A stretch of DNA of 64,000 bases, from the NCBI RefSeq assembly GCF_001194135.2, contig NC_068983.1:106315942-106379941 (forward strand), in the 5' to 3' direction. Of this stretch, positions 1 to 13,651 are shown one piece after another. The first letter of the stretch is position 1. Each line of letters starts with the position of its first letter. The translations under genes and the position numbers were made by a program. The notes under the pieces were generated by a model. It did no database searches and was not told the DNA's origin. It saw only the letters and a program-made list of their open reading frames with translations. The stretch comes from Octopus bimaculoides (taxonomy: Eukaryota).

Positions 1-289
1 AAGGCAAGGTGAATAAATTTTGATATTAATTCACACACACACACAAACACACAATGATGCATTTTAGTTCGTATATGCTACTAAACACACTATCATTGTA
101 AAAACCTCGTGTTTGTATCTAATGATATTGGCATAATGACTCTCCCTAGATTGTAAATACTGCTACCCAATTAACATTTATGTGCAGTGAAAAACTGAGT
201 CCATCTCATTCACATTATTGTCACTCTTTTGATTCAAACCACATGAAAGAAGTATATTCTTTGTTTATATATAACATGCAGTTATATAA

Positions 290-500
290 TTCAATATTGT
301 TACACACAAAATTAAAGTGAAGCAAAGCAGATTTCAAGATGTCAAAGAAATCAAAGTGAATGTGACGAGGCAGCTGCTGATTATCCCAGAAAACGAGTTC
401 TAGAAATGCTTCCATCAATGAAAACAGCACTGGATTAAGTGTGTGGCTTCCGAAGGGGACTACTTTGAAGGAGGTTAAATGTTAAATTGGTACGTGTTGT
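290..500 (+). mobile_element. Mariner 3' remnant
   Basis: Encodes HWIKCVASEGDYFEGG*, a mariner C-terminal motif; boundaries approximate. Confidence 0.7.
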
Positions 501-525
501 AGTTATGTTTTTATAGCATCAGTCT

Positions 526-569
<44 letters not shown>

Positions 570-574
570 GTATA

Positions 575-612
<38 letters not shown>

Positions 613-1406
613 NNNNNNNNNNNNNNNNNNNNNNNNNNNNNNNNNNNNNNNNNNNNNNNNNNNNNNNNNNNNNNNNNNNNNNNNNNNNNNNNNNNNNNNN
701 NNNNNNNNNNNNNNNNNNNNNNNNNNNNNNNNNNNNNNNNNNNNNNNNNNNNNNNNNNNNNNNNNNNNNNNNNNNNNNNNNNNNNNNNNNNNNNNNNNNN
801 NNNNNNNNNNNNNNNNNNNNNNNNNNNNNNNNNNNNNNNNNNNNNNNNNNNNNNNNNNNNNNNNNNNNNNNNNNNNNNNNNNNNNNNNNNNNNNNNNNNN
901 NNNNNNNNNNNNNNNNNNNNNNNNNNNNNNNNNNNNNNNNNNNNNNNNNNNNNNNNNNNNNNNNNNNNNNNNNNNNNNNNNNNNNNNNNNNNNNNNNNNN
1001 NNNNNNNNNNNNNNNNNNNNNNNNNNNNNNNNNNNNNNNNNNNNNNNNNNNNNNNNNNNNNNNNNNNNNNNNNNNNNNNNNNNNNNNNNNNNNNNNNNNN
1101 NNNNNNNNNNNNNNNNNNNNNNNNNNNNNNNNNNNNNNNNNNNNNNNNNNNNNNNNNNNNNNNNNNNNNNNNNNNNNNNNNNNNNNNNNNNNNNNNNNNN
1201 NNNNNNNNNNNNNNNNNNNNNNNNNNNNNNNNNNNNNNNNNNNNNNNNNNNNNNNNNNNNNNNNNNNNNNNNNNNNNNNNNNNNNNNNNNNNNNNNNNNN
1301 NNNNNNNNNNNNNNNNNNNNNNNNNNNNNNNNNNNNNNNNNNNNNNNNNNNNNNNNNNNNNNNNNNNNNNNNNNNNNNNNNNNNNNNNNNNNNNNNNNNN
1401 NNNNNA
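613..1406. other. Assembly gap (first of eight)
   Basis: N runs at 613-1406, 2487-2998, about 22966-23373, 37194-37203, 44662-45343, 52012-52111, 55470-55486 and 60072-60519. Confidence 1.
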
Positions 1407-2453
1407 TATATATATATATATATATATATAAGCCTTGTGAGTGGATTTCGAAGTGCAGGCATGGCTGTGTAGTAAGAAGCTTGCTTCCCAACCACATGAC
1501 TCCAGGTTCAGTCCCACTGTATGGCACCTTGGGCAAGTAGCTTCTACTATAGCCTCAGGATGACCAAAGACTTATGAATGGATTTGGTAAGCAGAAACTG
1601 AAAGAAGCCCATCATATATATATATATATATGTAAATAGTAAGGGATTACTCCAAACATTTACCAGTTTGCCCACGGTTAGGTATTTAAAATAGGTTATT
1701 TAACAGTTAATAATAGATTTATATCTAGCAATATTCTTATAAGATAAGAATTTTGAGATATATTACGTTGGATAATTCTGAATACTATGCCACCTTGTAA
1801 TAATCCCTATTATCATTATACATATATTTATATATATATACACATAGACATATACAAAACAGGCTTATGCACAGTTGCTACCCAAGTTTCACAAGAGCTG
1901 ATCTAGTTTTGGAAGATACTAGTCCAATAAGCAAAAGATAATACAATGATGGTGCGTGGCTTAGTGGTTAGGAGTGTTGAGCTCACGATCATAAAGTCAT
2001 GGGTTCAATTCTAAGACTGAGTGGTGCATTGTGTCTGAGTGTGTCATTTCATTTCATGCTGTTGGAATTTATTCAGCTGAAATGAGTAACAATACATCTA
2101 TATTTGCTCCCCTTCTACATATATGTATAACACACACTAACACTGTTAGTGTAATGAATGGCCATTCAGCGAATTACAATTTTTGCAGAGTTTAACCTTC
2201 TAGCATTCAGATTAATCTGTCAAATATAATGTTTATTTATTCACATTGTTCATGCAATATCTTGTAGCTACAAGATTTTGATGACGTGATTGTTTATTTT
2301 TAGAATAACATGGTAGGGTAAGTGTGAGAAACTGGATCCCGCCAGTTTGAATAGAAAACAACATTTTGGCCAGATATAGCCAGTTTAATTGCTAAAGAGT
2401 CAATCAAATGTTTAATAACTTTCCCTTTTTAAAGTATTGCATTTATAGAATTA

Positions 2454-2486
<33 letters not shown>

Positions 2487-4471
2487 NNNNNNNNNNNNNN
2501 NNNNNNNNNNNNNNNNNNNNNNNNNNNNNNNNNNNNNNNNNNNNNNNNNNNNNNNNNNNNNNNNNNNNNNNNNNNNNNNNNNNNNNNNNNNNNNNNNNNN
2601 NNNNNNNNNNNNNNNNNNNNNNNNNNNNNNNNNNNNNNNNNNNNNNNNNNNNNNNNNNNNNNNNNNNNNNNNNNNNNNNNNNNNNNNNNNNNNNNNNNNN
2701 NNNNNNNNNNNNNNNNNNNNNNNNNNNNNNNNNNNNNNNNNNNNNNNNNNNNNNNNNNNNNNNNNNNNNNNNNNNNNNNNNNNNNNNNNNNNNNNNNNNN
2801 NNNNNNNNNNNNNNNNNNNNNNNNNNNNNNNNNNNNNNNNNNNNNNNNNNNNNNNNNNNNNNNNNNNNNNNNNNNNNNNNNNNNNNNNNNNNNNNNNNNN
2901 NNNNNNNNNNNNNNNNNNNNNNNNNNNNNNNNNNNNNNNNNNNNNNNNNNNNNNNNNNNNNNNNNNNNNNNNNNNNNNNNNNNNNNNNNNNNNNNNNNGG
3001 GGTATGTAAATTACATGAGTAGATCGTTTCCAGAATTATTTTACAAATCTCTTTTTGTTAAAAAATTACGTACAAATGTAAACTTTCGTACGGGAAGTTG
3101 ACTCATTAAATAGGTCTTTACAGAAAAAATATAATGAAGTTGACTTTTATTTATGCTAGACGGTATAATGCTTACTTTTTCTGTCTAAATTTACTAAAAC
3201 CATTAAATGATTAAATACTTGTTGAAGTTTGACGTTCATACTGGTAATCACGATCCGGGCCATATTTTACATTGCTTGGAGTTTCTACCTATCGCAATAG
3301 AGCCCAGTAATTTTCTTAAATAGATCAGTTTTTCTCCACTTAGAGAGTCTAGCTTGAGTTTGCACCAGTATTGCCGCTATCAGCTTTTACTGCATCTAAC
3401 GTCGACAATGACATCATCATAATTCATCCTTGTGCATGTAAACTCACTAAGTGAATATGACTTAGCATTCCTACAGAAACCTTCATTTACCTTATACAAT
3501 GTCTAATGTCGTTTCACATTCATGTTGAATTATGCAGCGATCTTATTCTCTTCATAGATCACTTGTAATGTATCACTTGTAATGTATGTATTATCAGTTC
3601 TTTTGGTATAGTAGACTTTTGCTATTCTTGCTTATGTCTCCTCACAGATGTGTATATTCTAACAAGTTGCTTCTTAAATTTTGCACCTCTTGTTCAGTAT
3701 AAACAGAGTTAAACTTGCAAAGCTGTTTATTTTCTCCTTTCGATTTTTAATGTTTATTTTAGCAGGTTACCAAAGGTTTTGACAAGAATAGGCAGAAAAT
3801 CAGAGCTTGAGACAAGAAGACACTTTTAACCAATCAGAATTCTGTTTACATAATCAGTTTGATCGGTCACCTTCCTCTTTTGGTTGAGTAAAGTGTCATC
3901 CAAGCTGATGTTTATTGGTAATTAAACTTATTTTGCAACACTTATGCATATTTATCAGCTTTGTTTTTGTTAAGAATTATCAACAACTTTTCCTGTGCTC
4001 GTGATTTGAGAAGACATACAGAAGTATGCTAAAGATCGGACATAATCTCTTGTGGGCAAGAAATGCAAAATAAAGTTTATTATAAACAACACAAACACTT
4101 CCTAATTTAATAGTTTTCAATGTAATACCTGTTAAATAGAAATTATTTTTATTTAATGAAAATTTAATAAAATTTAATCATAAGTAAGTGAAATTATGCT
4201 AAATACAACTAAATTGAAAACCTTTTCCCCTTGGCCATATCAGCAATTCTGAAAACTTTTGGGTGTGATTTTTACACAAATAGAAGCTTTTTTTAACAAT
4301 TTTTATCCCGAAAATCACCTGCGTAAATTGCACAGGTGCACAAATTACATTTGCTTTTATGGTAATCAAAAATTCACTGTTGAAGCAACTTTATATTTTG
4401 TTTTAATTAAAATTCTGAAAGAAATAAAGTTAGTAATGAGAAAAAGCAGAATGTGAAAGAAGATAACTAAC

Positions 4472-4571
4472 TTTCTGGAGTACAATCTGTAAAAAGATTT
4501 ACAAGTAAAGGCACATTGTCCACTTTTTCAAGATGGGGCCGAATATTTTCAATACCTCTTGGAAGTTGGGC
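4472..4571 (-). CDS. TMEM94: TMEM94 coding exon (AQLPRGIENIRPHLEKVDNVPLLVNLFTDCTPE)
   Basis: TCTAG| acceptor phase 0, A|GTTAGT donor phase 1, 100 nt; highly conserved LPRGI...DNVPLLV block. Confidence 0.95.
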
Positions 4572-7470
4572 CTAGAATAAAAAGAAATCTCAAATTAAAA
4601 AATAAAACCAAACAAACAGACAATATAATACTAAACAGTATAAAAGTAAACACCATTAAAAATATTAAAACAAAATAGATAAATGAAAAAAAACAACAAC
4701 TTAATATTGGTTTGGGGGTGCTTCTGGTGAGATATAAGATGTTGTAACACTGGTGTCTCAGAAACCCTTGGACTAATGAAGTAAATGTGTTATGAACACT
4801 TATTTGTCATGAAGGAGAAGCTGTTCTCTAGTGGCAAACACAACAATGATTAGCATATTCATTTTCAAATCTGTCAGAATACATTAAGAATGAATATGCC
4901 AGTTACTGTTCTGAATATTACTGTTTACTGTGTGTATGAGGATTTATTATTGGTTGGCAGATATCAGCATGGATTAGTGAACAGTTTGTTCATTGAAATT
5001 CAATTTAATATGTTAAAAAGAAACGAAACCTATCAAGTAGTTAAAATTGGTGTATTAAAATTTCTGAAATCCAAAAGCTCAAAAGGTTTAATTACTATAA
5101 TTAAATGAATAGCAAGAGAGCTGACAAAATCGTTAGCACATTGGACAAAATGATTCACAGTATTTTGTTAGTTTTTACGTTCTGAGTTTAAGTTTTGCCA
5201 AAGTCAATTTTGCCTTTCATCCTTTCAGAATCAATGAAATAAGCCCCAGTCAAGTACTGAGTTTGATGTAATCAACTAGCCTTAAAAATTTAAGGCCTTG
5301 TGCCTACAGAAGAAAATATTATAATCAGATGACAATATCTTATTCTAAAACAGCAATTAAAGATATTTTAGTTTTCCTTTGAAAAATGCTGAAACTTAAA
5401 ACAAAAAAAACTGCTATCATCATTTAATGTCTGTCTTTCACTTAATAGCTAATAGTAAGTTTTCACTTACAAGGTTTATGTTTTCTTCAAGTAGAACTAT
5501 TTGCTACATTCCGAATGCTTAAGGATATAATGGTTACCCTTACAGATTAAAGAGCCTATCCAATTCTGATAAATTATTTTAGTATTTAATACAGTCTTGA
5601 AATAATAGTAAATGACAAAAGCTAATGTAGTCATGTCACTTGTCAGAAATAACAGCCAAGTCTCACTCCAATCTCAAGAAAAGGGAAATACATTAGCTAA
5701 TGTTGTCCTAGATATACTTTGTATATCTTTGAACACAGAATACTGACATATTTGTCCTGAGAGAACTTCTCGTACAGCTGCACAGTGCTAAGAATAGACA
5801 TACACATATCATTAGCAGACAAGAATTGTCCAGTATAGGTGCCAGAACTGCTAGATCACATGATTTCAGCATACTGCACATCTTCAGTGATAGGTGTCCA
5901 CTTAAGCTTGATCAAGGTCAATCTGGGATTTAAACAACAAAATTAAATGCTATTCCATTTTCGTTTCTGTTCCATTATCTTGCTTTAGATAAAAATATGA
6001 AATTAAAATCAGATCAGCACCACTTGGGAAAATTGTAGAACAATCTTATTTTTAGAGAATATTCCACAAATTGCAGTAAATGAATATTTAAAAAAATATT
6101 TCTATTTTTTAAATATTTCACAAATGAGGGACAGATTGACAAAATCACTAATGCCAGTGGCATGGAAAAAAAAAGCATTCAGTACACTCTGTAAAGTGGT
6201 TAGCATTAGGAAGGGCATCTAGCCAAAGTTGACATTAGATCCAAATAAAATCTTGCAGCTCACTGGATCCTGTCAAATTCTTCAACTCATGTTGACATGG
6301 AAAGTGAATGTTAAGTGATGATGATATTAAATCTTTCCTTCGTTTCTCATATTTTATATAGATTATTCCTCATGATTCTAATACATAAATCATCATCATC
6401 GTTTAATGTTCTCCTTCCATGCTAGCATGGATGGGATGGCTTCACAAGAGCTGGCCAGGCAGAAGCCTGCACCAGACTTCAGTGACTGTTTTGGCAGGGT
6501 TTTTACAGCTGGATGCCCTTCCTAACACCAACATACAACTGCATTAAATAAAACAGCTTACAAACATTTCTTTCATAACAAACGTGTTCTTTCACTAATT
6601 AACAAGCAACATGCAAAAATGAAATGACCAGATTTGAAATAGCCACTACACAACAGACATAACAAGATTGTGCCATTTTCAGAAAGTGCTTGCAAGGAAT
6701 TAATTAAAGATTTTCAATATATTCTTTTTCCTTGATTTTGATGTCAGGATAATAGAACAGTAGTAATCTATCAATAAATGAATTGTCACACTCATGAAGA
6801 AAGTGCTATCATAGCAATAAACTTAAGCAATGTGTATCTAGTTTGTATTGTAATTCAGTATGTGTACATATATAGTTTACATAGAGGAGTTACAAAATTA
6901 TAAGTAGCAGAACATTTTAATTAATATATGGCTGAATATTAAATGTGAATGAACTCAATTTAGATGAACACAAAGGGATATCATATCTTCTATCTTTTAT
7001 CATTTATTTATGGCCATCCTGGGGCACTTCCTTGAATGGTTCTTTTTTATTATTATTTGAACAAATTAACCCCAGTACTTACCTTTTTCCCAAAACCTGG
7101 TACTTAGTCTATTGGTCTCTCTTCCCCAGATAGCTATGGTATGAGGACATAAACAAACCAACAGTGGTTGTCAAGTGGTTCAGGACAAACACAAAAACAC
7201 ACACATACATGTAGATATATACATGACAGGCTTCTTTCAGTTTTCATCTACTAAATCCACTCACTTGACTTTGGTTTGCCTGGGGCTATAGTGGAAAACA
7301 CCTGCCTAAGATGCTGTGCCAACAGTGTGACTGAACCTGGAACTATGTGGTTGGGAACAAACTTCTTACCATACAGTCATGCCTGTAGCTATTAATACAG
7401 TAGTCCAATTTTATTTTAGAATTCATGAAAAAAAAAAAAATGGCAAAAAAAAGAGAGAGGAAATACTTGC

Positions 7471-8046
7471 CCGGTTATCTAGAACTCCTGGCAAGCTGAA
7501 TTCTGTGTTATCAGTAACACAACTAGACGTTAGATGACTTTCAGAACAGTGGTCATCCTCACTATTATATTCGTCAGAAGATGTTGCACTGGTCTGTGAA
7601 GTCAACAGTTCACCTGAGTCATTTAAAGGGTCCCTGAGGAGACTATCTTTTTCAACATTTTCCATTTCTTTTTGAAATTCAGGATTAGTACAAAATGTGG
7701 TATCGCAGTTGGTTTGAATGGTAGAAGAACTATCATCAAATTTGACGAGGTACATGTCGAGGTTGATAACACTAGGTGCACTGAAACTTCGACCGTGCAT
7801 TCCACTGCCAAGATTTTGCTTGAAGGGCAAGTTCTGCTGTTGTTGGTAATGCTTTAGTTTAGTATTCAAACCATGAGAGTCCCGCCCTATTGTATCATTT
7901 GAGACTCGACTGGAATATTTTGATGTACGATGAGATAATTCTCCCTGAGATGTCCCTGGCATGAATATTTCCTCAGATTTTAGTGGTGATGCTAAAGAAA
8001 TATGACAATTCCAGCCAGCTTCTAAACCCATTTTCTCTGAAAATAC
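7471..8046 (-). CDS. TMEM94: TMEM94 long coding exon (VFSEKMGLEAGWNCHISL...GVLDNR)
   Basis: TTTCAG| acceptor, CGG|GCAAGT non-canonical donor, 576 nt = 192 codons; overlaps supplied ORF 7423..8031. Confidence 0.93.
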
Positions 8047-8451
8047 CTGAAATTAAAAGTTAAAAGGAAATGACAAACCAAAGAAAAATTCAAAGAGAAA
8101 TTTTGAAAAACAGAGAAAGATCCAAATTTTAGGCACTACTTTAGCAAAATAAGAGTTCTTTATTATTAATATCACGAGCTGATCGTGCGCCATCAAAAAT
8201 CATGGCTAAGTATTTTATATATAAAAAGGGGACAAGAAAATGAAAAAAAAAATCAAGCGGTGTTTCAACTGTGTGCACGCGCATGCATTTATATACATTT
8301 ATACATATGATAGCACAGTCTGTAACAGACGCAGTTTTCTATACTTTGTCACAGCCCGCTTCCTTCCTTTTAAGTGTGTCTGTTTATATATATAATATAT
8401 GTATGTGTAGATGTGAGTGTGTCTGTAATTCTATATCTATGTATCTTATTT

Positions 8452-8671
8452 CTTTATTGCCCATAAGGGGCTACACATAGAGGGGACAAACAAGGACAGA
8501 CAAAGGGAGTAAGTCGATTACATCGACCCCAGTGCGTAACTGGTACTTAATTTATCAACCCTGAAAGGATGAAAGGCAAAGTCGACCTCGGCAGAATTTG
8601 AACTCAGAACGTAGCGACGGGTGGAATACCGCTAAGCATTTCGCCCGGCGTGCTAACGTTTCTGCCGGCTC
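8452..8671 (-). mobile_element. SINE-like family B (GAGCTGGCAGAAWCGTTAGCA...GTCGACTTTGCCTTTCATCC), best-preserved copy
   Basis: Many copies in both orientations, approximately 5110, 9150, 9500, 9730, 12680, 17580, 19800, 20030, 29130, 34130, 35820, 42730, 56870, 57050 and 62340. Confidence 0.8.
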
Positions 8672-10159
8672 TATGTATCTTTCTATATAAACATATGCAA
8701 ACACATATATACTCACTCTAATATATATTTTACATAAACACATTCCTCCCTTTTACACGCACACACTTATACTCACATAGAGTTGAAGTGCTGTTTGATT
8801 TTTGTTTCACTGTTGACTTTTCACTATCCCACTTCCATTGGTGGATCACCCCTTCCTTTCTCATTCATGTTGTGACGGAGAAATATACAAGAGTATTATT
8901 ATAGTAGAAGATACACAATGCTCTCTTTGCCACTTCCTCTCTCTTATTGCTATTACTTTCTCTCACCCCCTCTCAGTCGTGGCTATTACTCTTACTACTT
9001 CTTCACCGAATTACTATTTTCTCTCCTCTCCTGTCACTCCTACTGTGCGATTTTGGACAAATATATATATATATATACATATATATACACACACAAAAAT
9101 ATATAAAAACACTGTGCTCATTATTATATGAGGAGATTCATAAAGTGACGCGGTGGCAGAATCATTAGCACACCAGATAAAATGCCTTAGTGGCATTTTG
9201 CCCAATTTTACATCTTGAGTTCAAATTCCACCACAGTTGACTTTGTTTTTTTATCCTTTCATGGTTGATGAAATAAATACCAGTTGAACACTGAGGTCAA
9301 TATAATCAACTAACTCTCTCCTGCAAGATTCCAGGCCTTGTGCCTAAAGTAGAAAGGATTATTGTTATTATTACTGTAACTAAATGCACAGGCGGCTATT
9401 TGGTCGAGTTGTTTGGGAACGGTATGGGATTGCTTCACAGAGTATTCCAACTCTACATTCTGAATTCAAATCCTGCTGAAGTAAATTCTTTAAAAAAGAT
9501 GGTAAACTAGCAGAATCATTAGCATGCTAGATAAAACGCTTAGTGGCATTTCTTCTGCCTTTACATTCAGAGTTCCAATACCACCAAGGTCAACTTGCCC
9601 TTCATCCTTCAAGGGTTAATAAAATAAGTACCAGTGAAGGACTGAGGTTGATATAATTGACTAGCTCCCACCTTAATTTCAGGTCTTGTGCCTTAAAGTA
9701 GAAAGTATGATTTTCATTATTATTATGCTGGGCAAAATGCTTAGTGGCATTTCATCTGTCTTTATGTTCTAAGTTCAAATTCCACTGGGGTCGACTTTGC
9801 TTTTCATCCTTTCGGGGGTCGATAAATTAAGTACCAGTCAAGTACTGGAGTCAATGTGATCGACTTTACCTATCCCCTAAAATTTCAGGCCCTGTGCCTA
9901 TAGTAAAAAGGATTATTATTATTATTATTATTAAAATGTTTATTTGGCAGGTGGGTTTGCAAACTCAGAGTATTTGTTTTGGCCCATTATGTTTTGAGTT
10001 CAAATCCTACCGAAGTCAACTTCACCTTTCATCTTTTCAGGGATGATAACGTAAAGTACCAGTTAAGTAATGGCATTGACTTAATCACCCACTCCCAAAT
10101 TCCCGACTTCATGCCTAAGTTAGAAACCTTCATTAAAATCTTTACTGATGGATACATAC

Positions 10160-10243
10160 CCTACTTCTGAGTTCATTTTCATTTGAAAAATGCACAAATC
10201 TTATGAACGCAGTTTCAAGTTTATCAATCATTTGCACAAACTC
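10160..10243 (-). CDS. TMEM94: TMEM94 coding exon (EFVQMIDKLETAFIRFVHFSNENELRSR)
   Basis: TTCCAG| acceptor, AGG|GTATGT donor, 84 nt; IRFVxFSxExELxS motif. Confidence 0.93.
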
Positions 10244-11632
10244 CTGGAAAAGACAAAATTTAGGTATGGTCAAACATTTATATATCAATATCATTATATC
10301 ACAAGTTATTTTCCTAATTGTTTTAGATTTGAAACTGAAATCATAGTCGTGGCTGATTCTGGTGTCATGTAACTGGCACCTGTGCTGGGGATATGTAAAA
10401 GCTCCTCTGCCCGTGGTATGTAAAAAGCACCTATTACACTCTTGGAGTGGTTGGTGTTAGGAAGGGCATCCAGCCATAGAAACCATGCCAAATCAGACTA
10501 GAACTTGGTGCAGTTCTCCAGCTTACCAGTTCCAGTCAAACTGTCTAATGCATGCCAGAATGGAAAGCAGACACTAAATGATGATGATTGATATACGTCA
10601 GACTGTTGATTCATCAGAAGCAACAAATTACAAGACCCAATACAATTGTAGAGAATTCTTTAATACATTATAACTGAAAGGCTCTGATTTCCAGTACTCA
10701 AAAGAAAACCAGGCTTGGTTTAGCAGTTGATGATCAGAAACAAGTAACTCTGAGAACTAAAAATTGGAGCCTTTCAGTTATAAGATATAAATTCTAAACT
10801 TGTTTATCTTCAGCCTTGTGCCAGACCAGTAAATTTTAAAATTGTATTGTAGTTCTGTAGAAATAAAACTGATTATTAGCAAAACATTAGTTAATTATTA
10901 GCACCTGAGTAATTTCAGTCTGTAAACATAGCTTTAACCCTTTACCTGTTCTGTATGTCATGTGATACACAAGACTTATTTCCCTCGCATCTATGCATTA
11001 TATATAATATACATTTCCAATCTTTTTTTCAACTACCAGAGTAACTTGGGACTTACAAAAAGAAAGGTTTATATTATTCAGGACATATAAAACAAGGGAT
11101 AACTAAAAGTCTGAAAACAAGTATGGATGTTTAGGACAAGCTCATGAAAATGCTTTGGACAGGCATCGGGTTTAGTTTCTGCCATATTCTAGTACTTTTT
11201 CAAGATTTTACTTTACTAAATTAGTAAAATATTAAATTAGTAAAGTAAACATAACCTTTACTAAATAGATTTGCAACAATATGCTGCTGCTGTCACTGTC
11301 ATCTGACTGACTTTTCTATGCTCACATGGGCTGGACAAAAATTACTAAAACAGTATTTTATGGTTGGATGCCCTTCCTGTCATCAGCTTTTACTTATTTT
11401 CCAAGTAGGGTAGTTTTATTCCACAGGCCTTCACACAACAAAACGATCAACATTGCTAAGGTAGAGGATGTAATATTTATGGAGAATAACAAAGCATCAC
11501 AACTGCTAAAATGCTTTCAAGTGGAGGACATGTGGAAACACATGCATATATGCATGCACACATCGACAGATCTGATGCTGTGGTGTTGTTTGAGAGAAAA
11601 TGTTTTCATTGACATGTGTTAAAAACAATATC

Positions 11633-12047
11633 ATCATCATCATCATCGTTTAACGTCCGCTTTCCATGCTAGCATGGGTTGGACGATTTGACTGAGGACT
11701 GGTGAAACCGGATGGCAACACCAGGCTCAAATCTAATTTGGCAGAGTTTCTACAGCTGGATGCCCTTCCTAACGCCAACCACTCAAAGAGTGTAGTGGGT
11801 GCTTTTACGTGTCACCCGCACGAAAATGGCCACGCTCGAAATGGTGTCTTTTATGTGCCACCCGCACAAGCCAGTCCAGGGGCACTGGCAACGATCTCAC
11901 TCGAAAATCCTACGGGAGCCAGTCAGGCGGTATTGGCAACAGCCACGCTCAAAATGGTGCATCTCATGTGCCACCCGCACAAGAGTAAGTCCAGGGGCAC
12001 TGGCAACGATCTTACTTGGCTTGCCGGGTCTTCTCACGCACAGCACA
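11633..12047 (-). mobile_element. SINE-like family C with (ATG)n tail, young copy with internal duplications
   Basis: Near-identical to 36778-37300 and 40490-40712 over about 190 bp; older copies at about 6390, 10355 (+), 14545, 52560 and 60720. Confidence 0.8.
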
Positions 12048-12327
12048 GGACAAATACTGACCCAGCAGTGAATCACAAGAACACCAGACATAAGTTTCAC
12101 CCTTCTTTGGGCTTGTCAATGATGTGTGTCCTGCAGTCACAGCATAGACAAAGTCTGTCACTGCAGATATATAGCGAATGTATTATCCATTGTTTGCTAT
12201 AAATTACTTCTCAAAGCCACGTAAATTTTTTTTTTAATCAATATAATGGAGAGACCCTACAAAGAATTACCCCTCTATCCTACATACCTTAAAAAGATTA
12301 CCAAAGCTTTACAAAATACAGACTTAC

Positions 12328-12508
12328 CATTCTAGCTTGATATTGCATGGCAACCATACCCATAAAAATTTGGCTGCACTGCATCTGGAAACAAGCTGGG
12401 ACATTATCTTGAGGGCTTGGTCCATCATCTGTTACTAGGGAGTCTGCACTAAAGCACCAATGCTGTTTTGTCAACTTACCACTGTCTAGTTTCAGACACT
12501 CATTTCTT
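12328..12508 (-). CDS. TMEM94: TMEM94 coding exon (..QCSQIFMGMVAMQYQARM)
   Basis: TTACAG| acceptor phase 2, ATG|GTAAGT donor, 181 nt; QIFMGMV..QYQAR motif. Confidence 0.94.
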
Positions 12509-13486
12509 CTGTAAAGAAGTAAACAAAACATAAACAAATGACTAGAAAAGAGTAAATAACTTTCAGAAAGGATTTATTTTTATATCAAGCTAGCATGAAG
12601 AATTATTTTCCATTTCATCAAAAAATTTATCTTACAAGTCTATTTTTGTTTCCGTAGATTATAGAAATAATAATAATCCTTTCTACTGTAGGCACAAAGT
12701 CTGAAATTTTGGGGGAGGGAGTAAGTGGATTACATTAACCCCAGTACTAAACTGGTATTTATTTTATCAACCACGAAAAGATGAAAGGCAAAGTCGACCC
12801 TGGTGGCATTTGAACTCAGAACATGGTGACAGATGAAATGCCACTAAGCATTTCGTCTGGCATGCTAATGATTCTGCCAGCTCACTGCCTTAAATAATAG
12901 TAGGCATCATAAATGCATTTGATTTGAATAGGTGCAGGTGTGTCTGTATAGTTAAGAAGCTTGCTTTCCAACCATGCAGTCTTGGGTTCAGTCTCACTGC
13001 ATGGTACATTGAGCAAATGTTTAACTATAGCCCTGGTCGAACAAAAGCCTTGTGAGTGGATTTGGTAGACTGAATTGTGTGCACGCACGTGTGTGTGTGT
13101 GTGTGTACACTCTTGTCTTGACATCATGTGATGGTGTAAATGATCATTAGTGATGTTAGCATGGAAGCAATAACATTCTCATGTCCATTAATGTTTTACA
13201 ACCTTTTCAGTGCCATCATCAGAATGACCTGGTGACAGTGGCTGGTTTTTACATTATGTTTTTGTTGGTAGCACCAAAGGAACTTGACAATAATGTAACT
13301 GATAAAAATCCTCATTGCTAGATTTAAGATTGTTTAATGGTTAATTTCATAGTGTACCATTTCATGTGCTGTACAAATGGTTATATCAATATTTATTTTA
13401 AGTAAAAAAAAAACACTCTTCAAAAAACCTTAACCAACAATTTGGTTAGAGTATTAAGAATAAGATACAAACCAATATTTTCATAC

Positions 13487-13651
13487 CTGGATGAAGGGTT
13501 TTGTATTTGGCACATAAAAGAAGAATCAGCAGGTAGTTCAATATACAGGTCTTTTAATGGTGATGTCAGTTGAGTAGTGAGTGGGCGATAAGAAAATGCT
13601 GTACAATATGAAGCTATGCTAGTTCGGTGGTAAAAATCCAACACCTTCTTT
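13487..13651 (-). CDS. TMEM94: TMEM94 coding exon (KKVLDFYHRTSIASYCTAFSYRP...)
   Basis: CCACAG| acceptor phase 2, AG|GTATGA donor phase 2, 165 nt; KKVLDFY...YCxAFxYxP motif. Confidence 0.94.

Noticed and set aside
503-1540. Long ORFs running through N gaps (also about 2408, 22851, 44603, 51809 and 60030)
   Set aside because: Open only because of Ns and (TA)n/(GA)n/poly-A tracts; no coding signal.
1-4471. Next TMEM94 exon (expected MIxIMQxYGEV..)
   Set aside because: Not found in sequenced bases; probably in the gaps at 613-1406 or 2487-2998, or beyond the window.
11702-12202. 166-aa ORF and similar ORFs at 14604, 36861 and 40561 (LQLDALPNANHS)
   Set aside because: Chance frames in the antisense strand of repeat family C; not a recognisable protein family.
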